Shown here piece by piece: positions 11,401 to 22,726 of a stretch of 64,000 bases of DNA (its first letter is position 1; every line of letters starts with the position of its first letter). A program made the position numbers and the translations under genes. The notes under the pieces are model-generated. The model made no database searches. It worked only from the letters and a program-made list of their open reading frames with translations, and was not told the DNA's origin. The stretch comes from Bigelowiella natans CCMP2755 (lineage: Eukaryota > Protista > Cercozoa), in assembly GCA_000320545.1 (NCBI GenBank), contig ADNK01001387.1, forward strand, positions 38,634 through 102,633. The letters are read 5' to 3'.

Positions 11401-14182
11401 TGAGCAGTGTGGATGGCTCTGGCAGAAGAGATACGAGATACGCCCTCGCCACCCAGTTGATCCAGACGACATCGGAGAGAGTGCCAATATTCAGCATCAC
11501 TTCCTCTGGCAAATCCTCGCTCGAGTCGTTTAACACCGATTCGAAGCTCTCTCTCAGCGCCGTGTTTAACCCCGCTGGGCCGTCTCCTCTTGCCGGTTCC
11601 TTCAACTGGTCATGGACATGGGATTCACCGAACTTTCCGGGCATGGACTTTTCCCAGCTTCTAACACCTCCCGACGGCTCCTCGCCCAACTTGGTTCTAA
11701 TGCCAAGAGCCTTGACTCCCGGCTACACGTACACATTCACGTTCACGGCTAGGTCGAACGCGACCGGCAGCGTGGCTTCTGCCTCGATAGCGATCGTAAC
11801 GAATCTTCCCCCCTCCCTTGGCCAATGTACCATCACACCAAGCCAAGGCATGGCTTTGATTACCGACTTCCGACTGAGTTGCCACGGCTGGAGTGACACC
11901 GACCTTCCCCTACAATATCGTTTCGAGCAGGTAAGTTCTCCTGGGGGCACCGCCCTTTCAACACCAGCTCTCGCATTGCCTACTACGCAGCAGGGAGGAG
12001 GGGAGGAGGAAGAACCAAGCTACTTCCAGCTTTGTGACTGGAGGTTGCTGGAGGAATGTGTCACTCAGCTTCCTGCACCAGAAAAACCGGGGGCACTGCT
12101 AAATGTACGGGCAACAGTTGCCGACTTTTTAGGCGCTAACGCGTACACAAATGTGGTCGCAAATGTCACCCAGGCACGGGACTTGCAGATAGCAGATGTG
12201 ACTGGGAGGCTGCTCGATTCGTTCGGCTCTGGGGACCTCCAAAGCCTCGCGGTTGGAATCCTGGGCTCGATGTCCTACCTTAGATCACCGCTAGGCAAAG
12301 ATTCAAACAACGCCACTTCAGTTGGCAAGTTTCGCGAGGAAATTCTTGGAATGCTCGCTACGCTATCACCAGCTAGAGGAGATGGATCCGCCAGGCAGCT
12401 GAGTCCTTCAAACGCTGCCTCATTGTTAGCCATTGTAACAGATTTTACAAGTCCTCAGGAACTTACTGGATCAGCCGTGGGGTCTGCAATTTCACTACTT
12501 GATGACATAAATTCCAAGCTCTTAGGTCGAAAAAGCAACGATAGCATTGATGGCCAGATGCTCGTAACAACAACGAGTGCTCAGGCAGAGCAGGAGGAGG
12601 AGGAGGAGAGTGATGGGAACGCTGCTGAGACTGTTCGAAACTCGTTAACTACGTTGTCCAATCTCATCTCTGCCACAGCCGCATACAAGCAAGATCAATC
12701 AGCGTTGCCGTTATCGTCGGTTTCTTCGTCAACATCAGGTCGCTTGGAGTCGGTCGCTTCAGCATCTGCTTACGCTCTCGCCGCGCGAACCATGCCTGGC
12801 GAGAAAATCTCCCGAGCGAAAGCAGCGTCTGCCCCAGGCCGGGTTCCAATTGAACTCGCTTCGATTAAGCTTAGCAGCACCGAGGAAGAAACTCTTATCG
12901 ACGGACTCCTCACCCGCGTCGTTCTCCCCCCAATTTCCTCACTGACATCGCTAATTGGAAATGAAGAAAGGAGCGGAGTAGGTGCGACGTTCGTCGTCTC
13001 CGCTGTAGGATTTCAAGGCTCAGCTGTTTTCCCCGTCACGAATACAACGTTGGCCGATGTTAACGCGAATTCCACCGCAGATGACAACATGAAGACGAGG
13101 CTAAAGAGTAGCAGCGGCCTCTACGTCGGAGGCTTGATAGTGATCGAAATTCGTAATGAGAGCGCAGGGGGGGGGGCTCTCAAGATCACAAATGCGTCCA
13201 AGCCCATTCGCTTTGAAGTTCCTGCAGGTCAAAACCTCTCACACTTCTCTGGCGGTAGGGTGGCAATACGGGACATGATGGTGCCTGTTTGTATGTACTG
13301 GAACGATGAAACCAGGCACTGGAGTCGTGATGGCGTCTGGGCCCTGAACTTTTCCGAGACTACTAACTCAACAGTATGCGAAACACGCCATCTTACCAGC
13401 TTCACCAGCGATGCAGCCTTTAGAGTTGAGGTAAAGAACAACACCTTTCCATTTTATGTCAGTGCGCTTGTTCAGCGATAGCTATCAACAGCTTTCACCA
13501 CAGCAAGGTCATCATCATCCTTATTTTTTGCCTCCTAAATTACAATCAGGTAAACCAGATCTCAGCAGAGGACGTCAGTTTCGATGCGTTGGACCCGACA
13601 CAGAATCCAGTTATGGGCCTCCTCATTGCAATCGTGGGCTGCTTCCTGCTAGCTCAACCGCTCGTGTGTGCCCTAGACCATAGAGATGAATTCAGCACCA
13701 AGATTGGCTCAGCGAAAGAAACGCAGAGGATCCAAAATGAGAAGGATTTTTGGATGGGCAAAAACCACATCCAGTATATCAAGGTACAACTGAAAATAGA
13801 AGGACAGTATTTCATTCATTTCGATGGTTAATGTCCCTAGTCGCCGTCGTATTGGCAGTAATTTTTACCAGTGGGGTTTAGAGCAGGGGGGGGAGAGCAG
13901 AGCAGGCCTTTAGTGTTCTTTTTAAGAGAGGCAAAATGGCGAAAGTAGTGTCCTCTTTTCGAGATTGTCGTCAGTGTGTTTAGACGACAGCAGCGGGAAG
14001 GAGGAGGAGCTAGACATTAGTATAACTCACAAATCGATGATGGTTTCAACTTGCTATTATGGCAGTCGAAGGCTGATCGCGAGTGGAAAGGTTTTGCTCA
14101 AGCTACAATATGGGGAATACGACAACGCCATCCATGGTTCAGTGTCCTATTTCATCATCCAGGTGTACAAGTCTATGAGCGG

Positions 14183-14237
<55 letters not shown>

Positions 14238-14720
14238 CGTTTTTAAGTGAATGCACTTGTACATAAGAGATAATGATCTCTGTAGAGCTGGGGACGGTGT
14301 CGGTCGAATCTGTTTCACATCATGTTCAGCTGCAGCATTATCAGGATTATTGCCATCATCCGGCATTGCCTACAGTTTCACCTTCAATCGTCTATAATCA
14401 TGCGAAATCGTAATCGCAGGAGACTTCATGAATTCGCAGAAACGCTCGTGGGTTCTTCTCATTCTGACACTCAACGCATCGGTTGTGTGCGCCCTGCTCG
14501 CCGGGACAAACCAGAGGCTAGGTGTTCTCCAAGGAAACGTTGCGATGGCAATTGTCGCTAGCACGCTATCCTTCCCGATTCCTTACGTTCTGTCCTCGAT
14601 CTTCTTGCGAGGAACGCCGGAGGAGTTTCGAGTCAAGTGGAAACGATCAAAGTAATACTTGAGATTGGTTGTGAGGGAAAGCGTGTAGCACTCGAACGAA
14701 TACATGACATACACGCACCG

Positions 14721-14756
<36 letters not shown>

Positions 14757-17059
14757 TGCATGCATACCTACAAACACGTGCGACATTGAAAATGTTGATA
14801 ATGTTCCACCCTCTCCTTTTGGAAACCACCACATCATCATCATCAGGCTTGAGCAGATGCTCCCATGGCTTGTTTTCCTATTTGTGGTTTGTGGGAGCGA
14901 CGCCTACCAAGCTAATCTGGAGGATGAGAATAAGGATCAAGAGGTCAGGAGTTCTCACTTCCCTTTTTTGTATATTATATATAATTTGTGTATCTTCTTT
15001 CCTGATAGTTGTTGAGGGGGGTTCGAGTTTGTTTGTTTTCAACAGTAGTAAAAGGGTGGAATAGTAGTTAGAGTCTACGAACCAAACTAGAAATCAAAGA
15101 TTTTCTTTCAACGAAATTGCATGAACATTCCCCCCTTCCCTCTCGATAGGTGAACCTGGACGACGGCGGTGAGGAGGCTGGGGAAGGAGGGGGGGACGGA
15201 GACGTCGAAGTTAAGGATAATGACCAAGAGAACAACTTGTCTGATCAAGAAGGTGCTGTTGCGGCTGCTGTTGTTTGATTTTAGCAATGGCTTGTGAATA
15301 GTCATGGCGTTTAACGTTTGATTTTCCGGATATGAATAGACAAGGATGACAATGAAGACGAAAAGGAGACCACCTTGCGGCATGGAAACACGGCGGGTCT
15401 TACAAGCTCCTCGACAGTTTTCGCGGCCGGCGGTGCTGCAGCCGGTACTGTTGGCGGCTACAAGCTCGGGGGGGGGGGGAATAAACGGACTTTCACCCCT
15501 CGCCAGAGAGAAAAAGCGATCGGGCGCAGAAAAGAGCCCCGCAGTTCAAATACTTCTCACCTCAAACAGCCAGTCCATTCACCTGCAACATCGATGCTGG
15601 CCAACAGGATGAAAAGACCTGCAGGAGCTGTGAATCCGATGCACAGTTCGTTCCAAAACGTGCTAAAAGACACTGATCTAATGAGCCTGGGAAATGACAG
15701 CTTCTCGGCCAGTAGCCTAGCCTGGGCAGAGGAAACTAGGAGCACGAACATCAATTCTTCGAAGGCCTCGCACAACTTCGCACAAATATCCTCCTGCTCT
15801 AATGACAGCATGCTGAAAGGTCGCCGAGGCAGCATCATGATGCAGGCCACACGTCAAGCTACATTTCGCACGCAGGAGCGTAGATATCAGCCTTCAAAAC
15901 TTGGCGTTGTGCACGGTGTTCCTATAACTGAGATCGGAGCTTTGGAGTGGCATTCAAGAGACATTGCAGCGGTATGTGTAGAGACAGAAGGGCCACGCAT
16001 TCTTCTTATTCATTTTGCATGGCATGTTTGATCATTAACGATTAACAGAGGTCAACTCAAAGACAGGTCGAATAATTGGTTTTAACCTCTCTGTATATAC
16101 TTCATTAGGTATTATTCTGCGTGATAATCTGTCTTGGATTGTCGTTTCTGCTCATTTTCCTTTCATGGGCAAACAAAGAATCTAACGGGAAGACTTGGCA
16201 AATCTCGATGCTCGCCATGCCACAAGATCTCTTCTTCCGCACGTTGGCAATATTGTTTTTCGAGGCCGTCTTTACTATGCCACTGCACTGCTGTAGTTGC
16301 TATTTTTGCCTTTTCTGTTGTGGTAACAGTGAAAAGGTCTTGAAACCTACAAGGATCAAGTCAAGGCTGTCTGCAATTCTAAACTGCTCGGAGCTTTCGT
16401 TCTCAGTGAACAACGGCCTAATTGTGGAATCAGTATCGAAGGCCGGGGCGGATAAGGGAATCCAGGTGGGATGGCGATTGCTCGCAGTCAACGGCACTCT
16501 CATCCTAAATGCCATGGAGCTGAGGGATATCTTGCAGCGTGTGTTTAAGACATACAAAGAATACGAGGTTGAGTTTGTTGCTAGCGTTGAAGCTGCGAGG
16601 GAGATCTTGCGAATGTATGCCCCGGATGAGTGCGAAAATTGGCAAGAAGAAGGAGCGGTGGATATGAAAGACCATAATACCACCTCGTTGAATAGAAACA
16701 AAAGAGTAGGGCCGGACGGACACAGTAGTGTGAGCGAGCTAGTGAGTGATACGAGCGACTCTGCAATGGTCGATTTAGATTACGCGCTTCAGGACAACCT
16801 GGACTTCATTCTACCATTTGGATGTAAGCAACCGAAGCAGCAGCAGCATCAACAACAACAGAACTTACAAGGCTCGATCGGGCGTTTGAGTGCAATTAGT
16901 CTTGGGCTCCAGAAGAACACTGCTATAACCCGTGTGTCTCTACGGAAGCATGAAATGGCAAAATTTATGGGTGTGGAGGAATCCGAGCTATCGGTATCTA
17001 GTGTTCGGGAAGAAGGAATATCCTCTTCATCCGATGAGGAGCCTGGATGGGGAAATTAG
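5171..17059 (+). CDS. Giant PKD1/polycystin-like receptor: signal peptide, LamG-like, 3 H-lectin-like repeats, ConA-like, fucolectin/F5-8C, Pro/Thr/Ser stalk, REJ, GAIN/GPS, multi-TM region, cytoplasmic PDZ
   Basis: ATG 5171 MRWNSGLFWIPFLAC splices in phase to YMFWMT...|ITWNKWMHVAVTR...WYING...FKGKMRGFYIYDEALSQAQI (LamG). ORF 7098 carries three repeats. WWRVNLL...SRGDCCADELRGF...LSLCEVEVF is FTP-like. ORF 10950 is REJ (NLVLMPRALTPGYTYTF, PPSLGQCTITPSQG, CHGWSDTDLPLQYRF). GPS reads CMYWNDETRHWSRDG...CETRHLTSF at 13290-13403. TM exons follow (HPWFSVLFHHPG, KRSWVLLILTLNASVVCALL). PDZ-like LIVESV...GIQVGWRLLAVNG. Stop 17059. Exon links at 6300-7050 and 14700-15400 are not fully resolved, so a split into two genes cannot be excluded. 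Confidence 0.8.
9322..9650 (+). repeat. Coding Pro/Thr/Ser repeats (PTxSP / APTS / SPS units) forming a mucin-like stalk
   Basis: ORF 9292: PTRSPITSSPTSSP...SPSSLAPTSLAPTSCAPSSLSPS. Confidence 0.85.
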
Positions 17060-18020
17060 GCATGCCTTCAGAATGATGCAATGAAACCTTTTGAACCAAT
17101 TTTACTTCATGAAACTTTAGCGCATTGATGATCTACGTGCCTCATTTTGGCATTGCACATACATGCTGCATCACCAGCAATAACACAACTCAAGTTCATT
17201 CAGTTTGGTTGCGGCAGAGAACTAGTGCAGCGCGGTACGGTTGTTGGAAGGCGTCAAGGCAGTTGCAGTTCGTGGTTTGCATTAGTGACTGGACATTGCA
17301 TTGGGGAAAATGCTTGCACGCATGTGTATCTAGACATTCGCTAACTTGTGCTAGCATCATTCGATGGTGGCGCAGCGCAGCCACACACTTCAAAAAATGA
17401 AACAGACGCTGCAGCAACCACTTGGGGTCGTTGCATGCGTCCACTCGAGCTTGCGCGCGCACGTGCATGAAGGATCGCTTGTTTGCACGTCTTGTCTGTT
17501 GCTCGGCTGGCGGGTGCACATGTTCGCAGCGAGCAGTGCGACAACTTTGTGGCGGGACGATCGAACAACCATTCAATGAACAATTGCTAGCTTGCACGTA
17601 GAAGAGGCTTGTTGTTCATGTGTGCACAAGCCATGCACAATCTTCAAGCATGCATGCTTCTAATCCGAAGCAAACTCAAAATGAATGAAATGACATGTGC
17701 GATCGAGCGTGCACATTGGATGTGGCAAAACTATGTCGACTTTGAGGAGACGTGCACATTCATCATGGACAATGACGCAATGCATGGTGTGCATCATGCA
17801 TGCAACATTGCTGTGTCCATCATCAGCAGCACCCAGTGACAACGCTAGAACGATGCATCGTACCGTGATGATACGACATTCAAATGACATCGTGTGCCAG
17901 TGTGCAATGTGCATAATGTGCGCGGCAAGAACGCAGAGCATGTAATCGCGATCCACATCATTGCTGATTGAAAGATTTGTCGGCCGCCATTTTCTTCGCT
18001 GAAATCCTCAGATCGGCAGC
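17060..18020. other. TG/CA-rich tract at a convergent junction
   Basis: Starts right after the + stop (17059) and ends before the - stop (18025); rich in tgcatg, cacatg and gtgcac. Confidence 0.7.
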
Positions 18021-18024
18021 TCGG

Positions 18025-21000
18025 TTACTCTTTGAGCACGGGCAAATCATATCCTTTCGCATCAAACTGAATTGGTGATCTCCGTTTAGGGTGGCTTGAC
18101 ACCAGATTTTTCAGATTCACGAAGGAACGGCATCTTTCACTTCCTTGAACCTTCGCTCGAGCTCGACTTAGGAATGCGCTCGTCATGCCGATTTCCTTGG
18201 CTTCCAGCAAGTGCCTTCGTAGTGCATCTCCGTCTTCATTTAAAATGGCTTTGCGTATGTTGACTATAATAGCCTGCTCGCGCTCCATCATCGCGATAAT
18301 CTCTTCTTGTTCATTCTGATATTTTCCCCGGGCGAACGGAGCTGTTTCAATCTTGTTGTTGGTGTCATCACCGACGCGGTCTAGTTTACCTTCATGATTA
18401 AATCTCCTTTTGTTGTCCCCATACCTTCTCCTCTGCCATGGTCCGTTACTATTTCCCTGTTCCTGCATCACTTGTGACGCCAGTTCCACAGAAGCAAGCA
18501 TGCCAGAGATGTTGTCTAATTTCGCACGAATATCCCCCCATGTAACCTCACAAGCCACAGCGAACTCCGTCAACTCTTTTGACAATGCCTTGGTGCTGAT
18601 ATGGTCAAACCCCTCTAAAGTTTGACCCTCATGAAACTGTTCGTAGGCTCGGTCGGAAAGCCATCGTATTTCTAGGTTAATAATCAAGCCAGCTGCGGCG
18701 AACTTGCCCTCTAACTTTATTCGGGACGCCGCCTGATTGAAGCGATGGTTCATCATGGCGATTAGCCAGTTGAGAAGCATCACAGTAGAGATAACTGTAT
18801 AAAGTACAAAGAAAAATGTGCCGAGGTAAGGCTCTGAGTCACGGATGGAGTTCCAAAGCTCCAGCTCACCCACCAGTACGACATACAATTCTACGAACGC
18901 AGAAAATATCGAGTGAAACTCCGTAATAGAGTGCCGGAAGAGACAGTAGAAGACCACGACGAAAGCCATATGTATTACTAACCAAACGATACAAAAGATG
19001 CCGAAGGCGGAGGTAAGGGACTTCATTGTTGCAATCTGCCCCCCCCAAGTCTCTTGCACCTCTAGGTAAGAGAACACTCTAGTGCAAGCTAAAATAATAA
19101 GAATCGACTGGAACGCTAAACAGACAGGAAACGAAGCCGGATCGTTTGCAAAAACGAGCACAAATTTTGCGATCGTAAGCGCCAAAGTAACCAGTGCTTC
19201 CCCAACGGTCTGATAGTCGGTGTAGATGAATGTTTGCCAGCCTTCAGCCCGCCCTCCGTGGTAGGTCTGAAATAGCTGTACCGCGCCATAGGCGACAATG
19301 ATTAATTCACAAATGAAATAAGGAACACTAAGGTACCCAGGCGTATCCTTCAGATACCCGTCCAGATTCTGAAACTGGTCAAGATATAAAATCCCAACAA
19401 CTAGCGACGCCATGTAGAGGGTGTACGTGGCAACTGTAATCTGGAAGATGCTCATTGCGTACTGTTCCCATTTCATTTGGATAGCGTGGTCAACCAGCGG
19501 GTGACTGATCAGGTCCATACACCGGTGCTCCAACATCTTCCGAATTGGCTGCGGCTGTGTCATTTTGGGAGGGCACACTAACTGGACATCATACTGTACC
19601 CACTCAGTTATACCCCATAGCCTCTGTCTATGCACCGCTGTGTCTAGAGCTACCATGGCTGCTGGTTCGTAGTCCTCAATCAAAGAAATCAACTGTAACC
19701 TGCAGCAGCCAATAGAATGATGATGTCAATGATGATGATGATGATGATGATAATGATGATGACGATAATAATCAGGTTTTTATTGATTGAAAGGAAATGG
19801 AGAAAGTGAGGAATCGTCATATAAATGCAGAAGGTTATCGCTATTAAACAGATGTTCATAAACGAACCTTCTGTCAGCAAGACTACACCCGCCTTCGCTG
19901 ACCAGCATACGAATGACATCCATATACGGGGAATGCTCGACCTGTTAAGAAATAAAGTCGCTGCTTTCGTCATTCGGTATTATTCCGTTGATTTCATCAT
20001 CATTTTGTTCGTCCAAATGATTGAAATTATGATATATTCACTCACCACAAATGGACAATATATGCCTGTTTCATCTTATCAATAACCTGGTCTTTAGGCC
20101 CTGTTGCCGATAGTTTTCTCTTCTTTTTCTTGTCGTCGTCGTCATTATTCCTCTCCTTCTGGCTAGGGTCTATATATGTTTTCTCATAGCTACGGTGGTG
20201 CCAGGCAGATGCTGCTTTTTGTATCGGAAACAAACCACCCCGGTCACGCACCATCCTATTTGAATCTGTAGGACCAAGATCAGATCAGATCACCAGATGC
20301 TACTTTTCTCATTAAAATTCTTTCGCAAAATATAATGCTGTGTTGACACTCTTTTCCTCAGCACAACGTCGTCCTTGTCATCATCAACGTTGATATCATT
20401 ACTATCAAAATGGACAAAGACTCCAACATTGAAGCACATCATCAGTACTACAGTAGTAAGCTTCGGCCTGCTCGCATGCATGCAAGATAAGACAGCGGTG
20501 ATGGGTGGTCAATATTCAACTAATCGGCTATTACTACTACTACTACTACTACTACCATTTTGGAGGAGTAGGAAGCGAACGACTTGAACTTGTCCTGCCT
20601 GAGAGGCCTCGTGTAACGGTGTACCTGCTTCAGCATCTTCGCCGCCTTTTAGCAGTCAATGGAGTAAAGAATTAGTGGAAGGTATGAGGTTAGAGGTGAT
20701 GAAATGATGATAAGGACGACGATGACGAATAGATTCCTGGGCTCGTAATCTTAGATGCTATGAGGAGGAAGGAGGAAGGAGAAAATATATATGTGACAAC
20801 AACGCACTACATGTGATATGTTCATCAAGACTATCGAACATACTTACCAGCGTTAACGTCGGCGTGGTGAGCGATGAGCATTTGCACAATTTCTAAGTGG
20901 CCTTCTGAGCAAGCGTAGTGAAGAGGTGTCTCCCCACGATTATTCTCTTTGTTGACAAGCGCCTTATTTTCTAAAAGATACTTGACAACTTTCTTGTGGC

Positions 21001-22342
21001 CTGCTCCAGAGGCAGAATGCAGGGCAATGGATTCGTTCTCCGCCTCCTGGTTAACATTGGCACTATTGGTACAAAGCAGCTTAACGATCTCGAGATGACC
21101 CTTTGTGGCAGCCACGTGAAGATAACTACGCCCAGCTGTGATGGAAATCCCAGAGATAAGTTGCTCGCGAAGTGCAAAGAGCGCATCACCCATTATACTT
21201 CCCATTTTAACTGACTCCTTCACTGTAAGCTGCTTTCTCACCTTTTCGATCTCCCCTTTCGCGACCATATCATAGTGGATGTCAACGGCATTTTTCTGCC
21301 CGAAGTTTATAGGCTCTGAGCGTTTTAGCCTGGCCTTGAAATCTTGTGCCACTATCTCCAAGGGGTTAGGTTGTATCTTGGTTTCTCTTCTTCTGATCTC
21401 AGCTGGATTCATCATCCTCCTCCGTGAAGAATCATCATGTGATGATGAAATATTGAAATGCCTTCGAAGTTCAGGATTACTTCCTTCAGAATTCTCCTCG
21501 CGTGGGACGTTCACAGGCACAACAACGGACTTTCGACTAATGAAACCCAGAAATTGTTGAAAGATTGAACTCCTTCGCCGGTTATGTCCGTCTTGACGCT
21601 CCTCCTTTTTTACTGCTAAGGAATGAAGTTTTGGTGATGAAAGTTTTGAGCTGATCCTCTTAACCCGTTCTCGAAATTTTTTCGGATGATATTTAGTAGC
21701 ACCCTCCTCTTCAGTGTTGACTCTTCTCATCTTCGAGGTCGCTGTTCGGGTCGTCGTCGTGTTGGACGCAGTAGTATTCGAGTAAGGTGACAACGTGTGA
21801 TTATTATATTTACTTTCCTTGATTATTGAACCAGGACTTGGAGCTCGAGGTATTGTACGTCTATCTACGCTACTAGGAATTTTCTTTAAACTTAAAGAAG
21901 CATTGGGGGTAAATTTTGTGCGTTGTAGTACCCCATCATTGGAATCAAGGCGAGGGGAAATCCTCGCAGATCTGTCGTCGTCCTTCGTGTTAGCGATCTT
22001 CCATCCATATATCCTATCATTATCATTCTCTTTCGAGGTAACAGGCTGACCGGGGTGCTTCACGAATCCCATGTTGTTGTTGTTGTCTTCGGGTAACGAC
22101 CTCTTACCCCGTTGCTTGTTCTCGTTGTCTCCAGAAAACGACGAATCATCAGGCAATTGAATGATGGAAGTGCTCTTTACAATATCTTTAAGCTGCTTTC
22201 GAGTTTGAGTTCCTCCCCCTCTCTTCCTTCCTGATGCGGCGGATAATCCCGACGATGATGATTCCGAACCTGTTGTAACAACTTCACTAGTTCGTTTTGT
22301 CGGTCTTCTTGACACAGTAGATCTGGAATTATCTGCCTTCAT
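18025..22342 (-). CDS. Ankyrin-repeat TRP-type cation channel (TRPA/TRPV-like, 6TM)
   Basis: ATG 22342 follows a 5'UTR acceptor (tacag|AATG). A long disordered N-terminus precedes ankyrin repeats (SYLHVAATKGH, IALHSASGAGH, ETPLHYACSEGH, spliced GTPLHEASQAGQ). Exons join in phase (ADRR|LQLISLIEDY) to ORF 18025 with MDLISHPLVDHAIQMKWEQYA, six hydrophobic segments, pore SAFVELYVVLVGEL and S6 LLNWLIAMMN. Confidence 0.85.
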
Positions 22343-22726
22343 TCTGTACGTTGGAACAACAGAGAGAGGCTTATTTTATGTGAACGTGGCGATCATAGTA
22401 TTTCCTTCTCGTAATATACACTCTGCCTTCCCCAGCAAGTCACATCAGTCATCCACGCTCATAAGGACGCCGACGTCTGATCGTTACCATCGTCGAAAAT
22501 GAATGGATAATTTCAGAAGTTGATGTTGATTGCTTGTCGCAGGATCAAAATATCCTTCATTGAATATTGGTTGATGTTATTTATTTGTCGCAGGATCAAA
22601 TTGCCCCTTATTTATTACCACAATTGGAACTTGAAACGCCGACGAAAGAAGAAGAAGAAGAAGCAGAAGCAGAAGCAAAAGGAGAAAGAGGAGGGGAGGA
22701 GGAAAAGGACAAGAAAAAGAAGAAGC

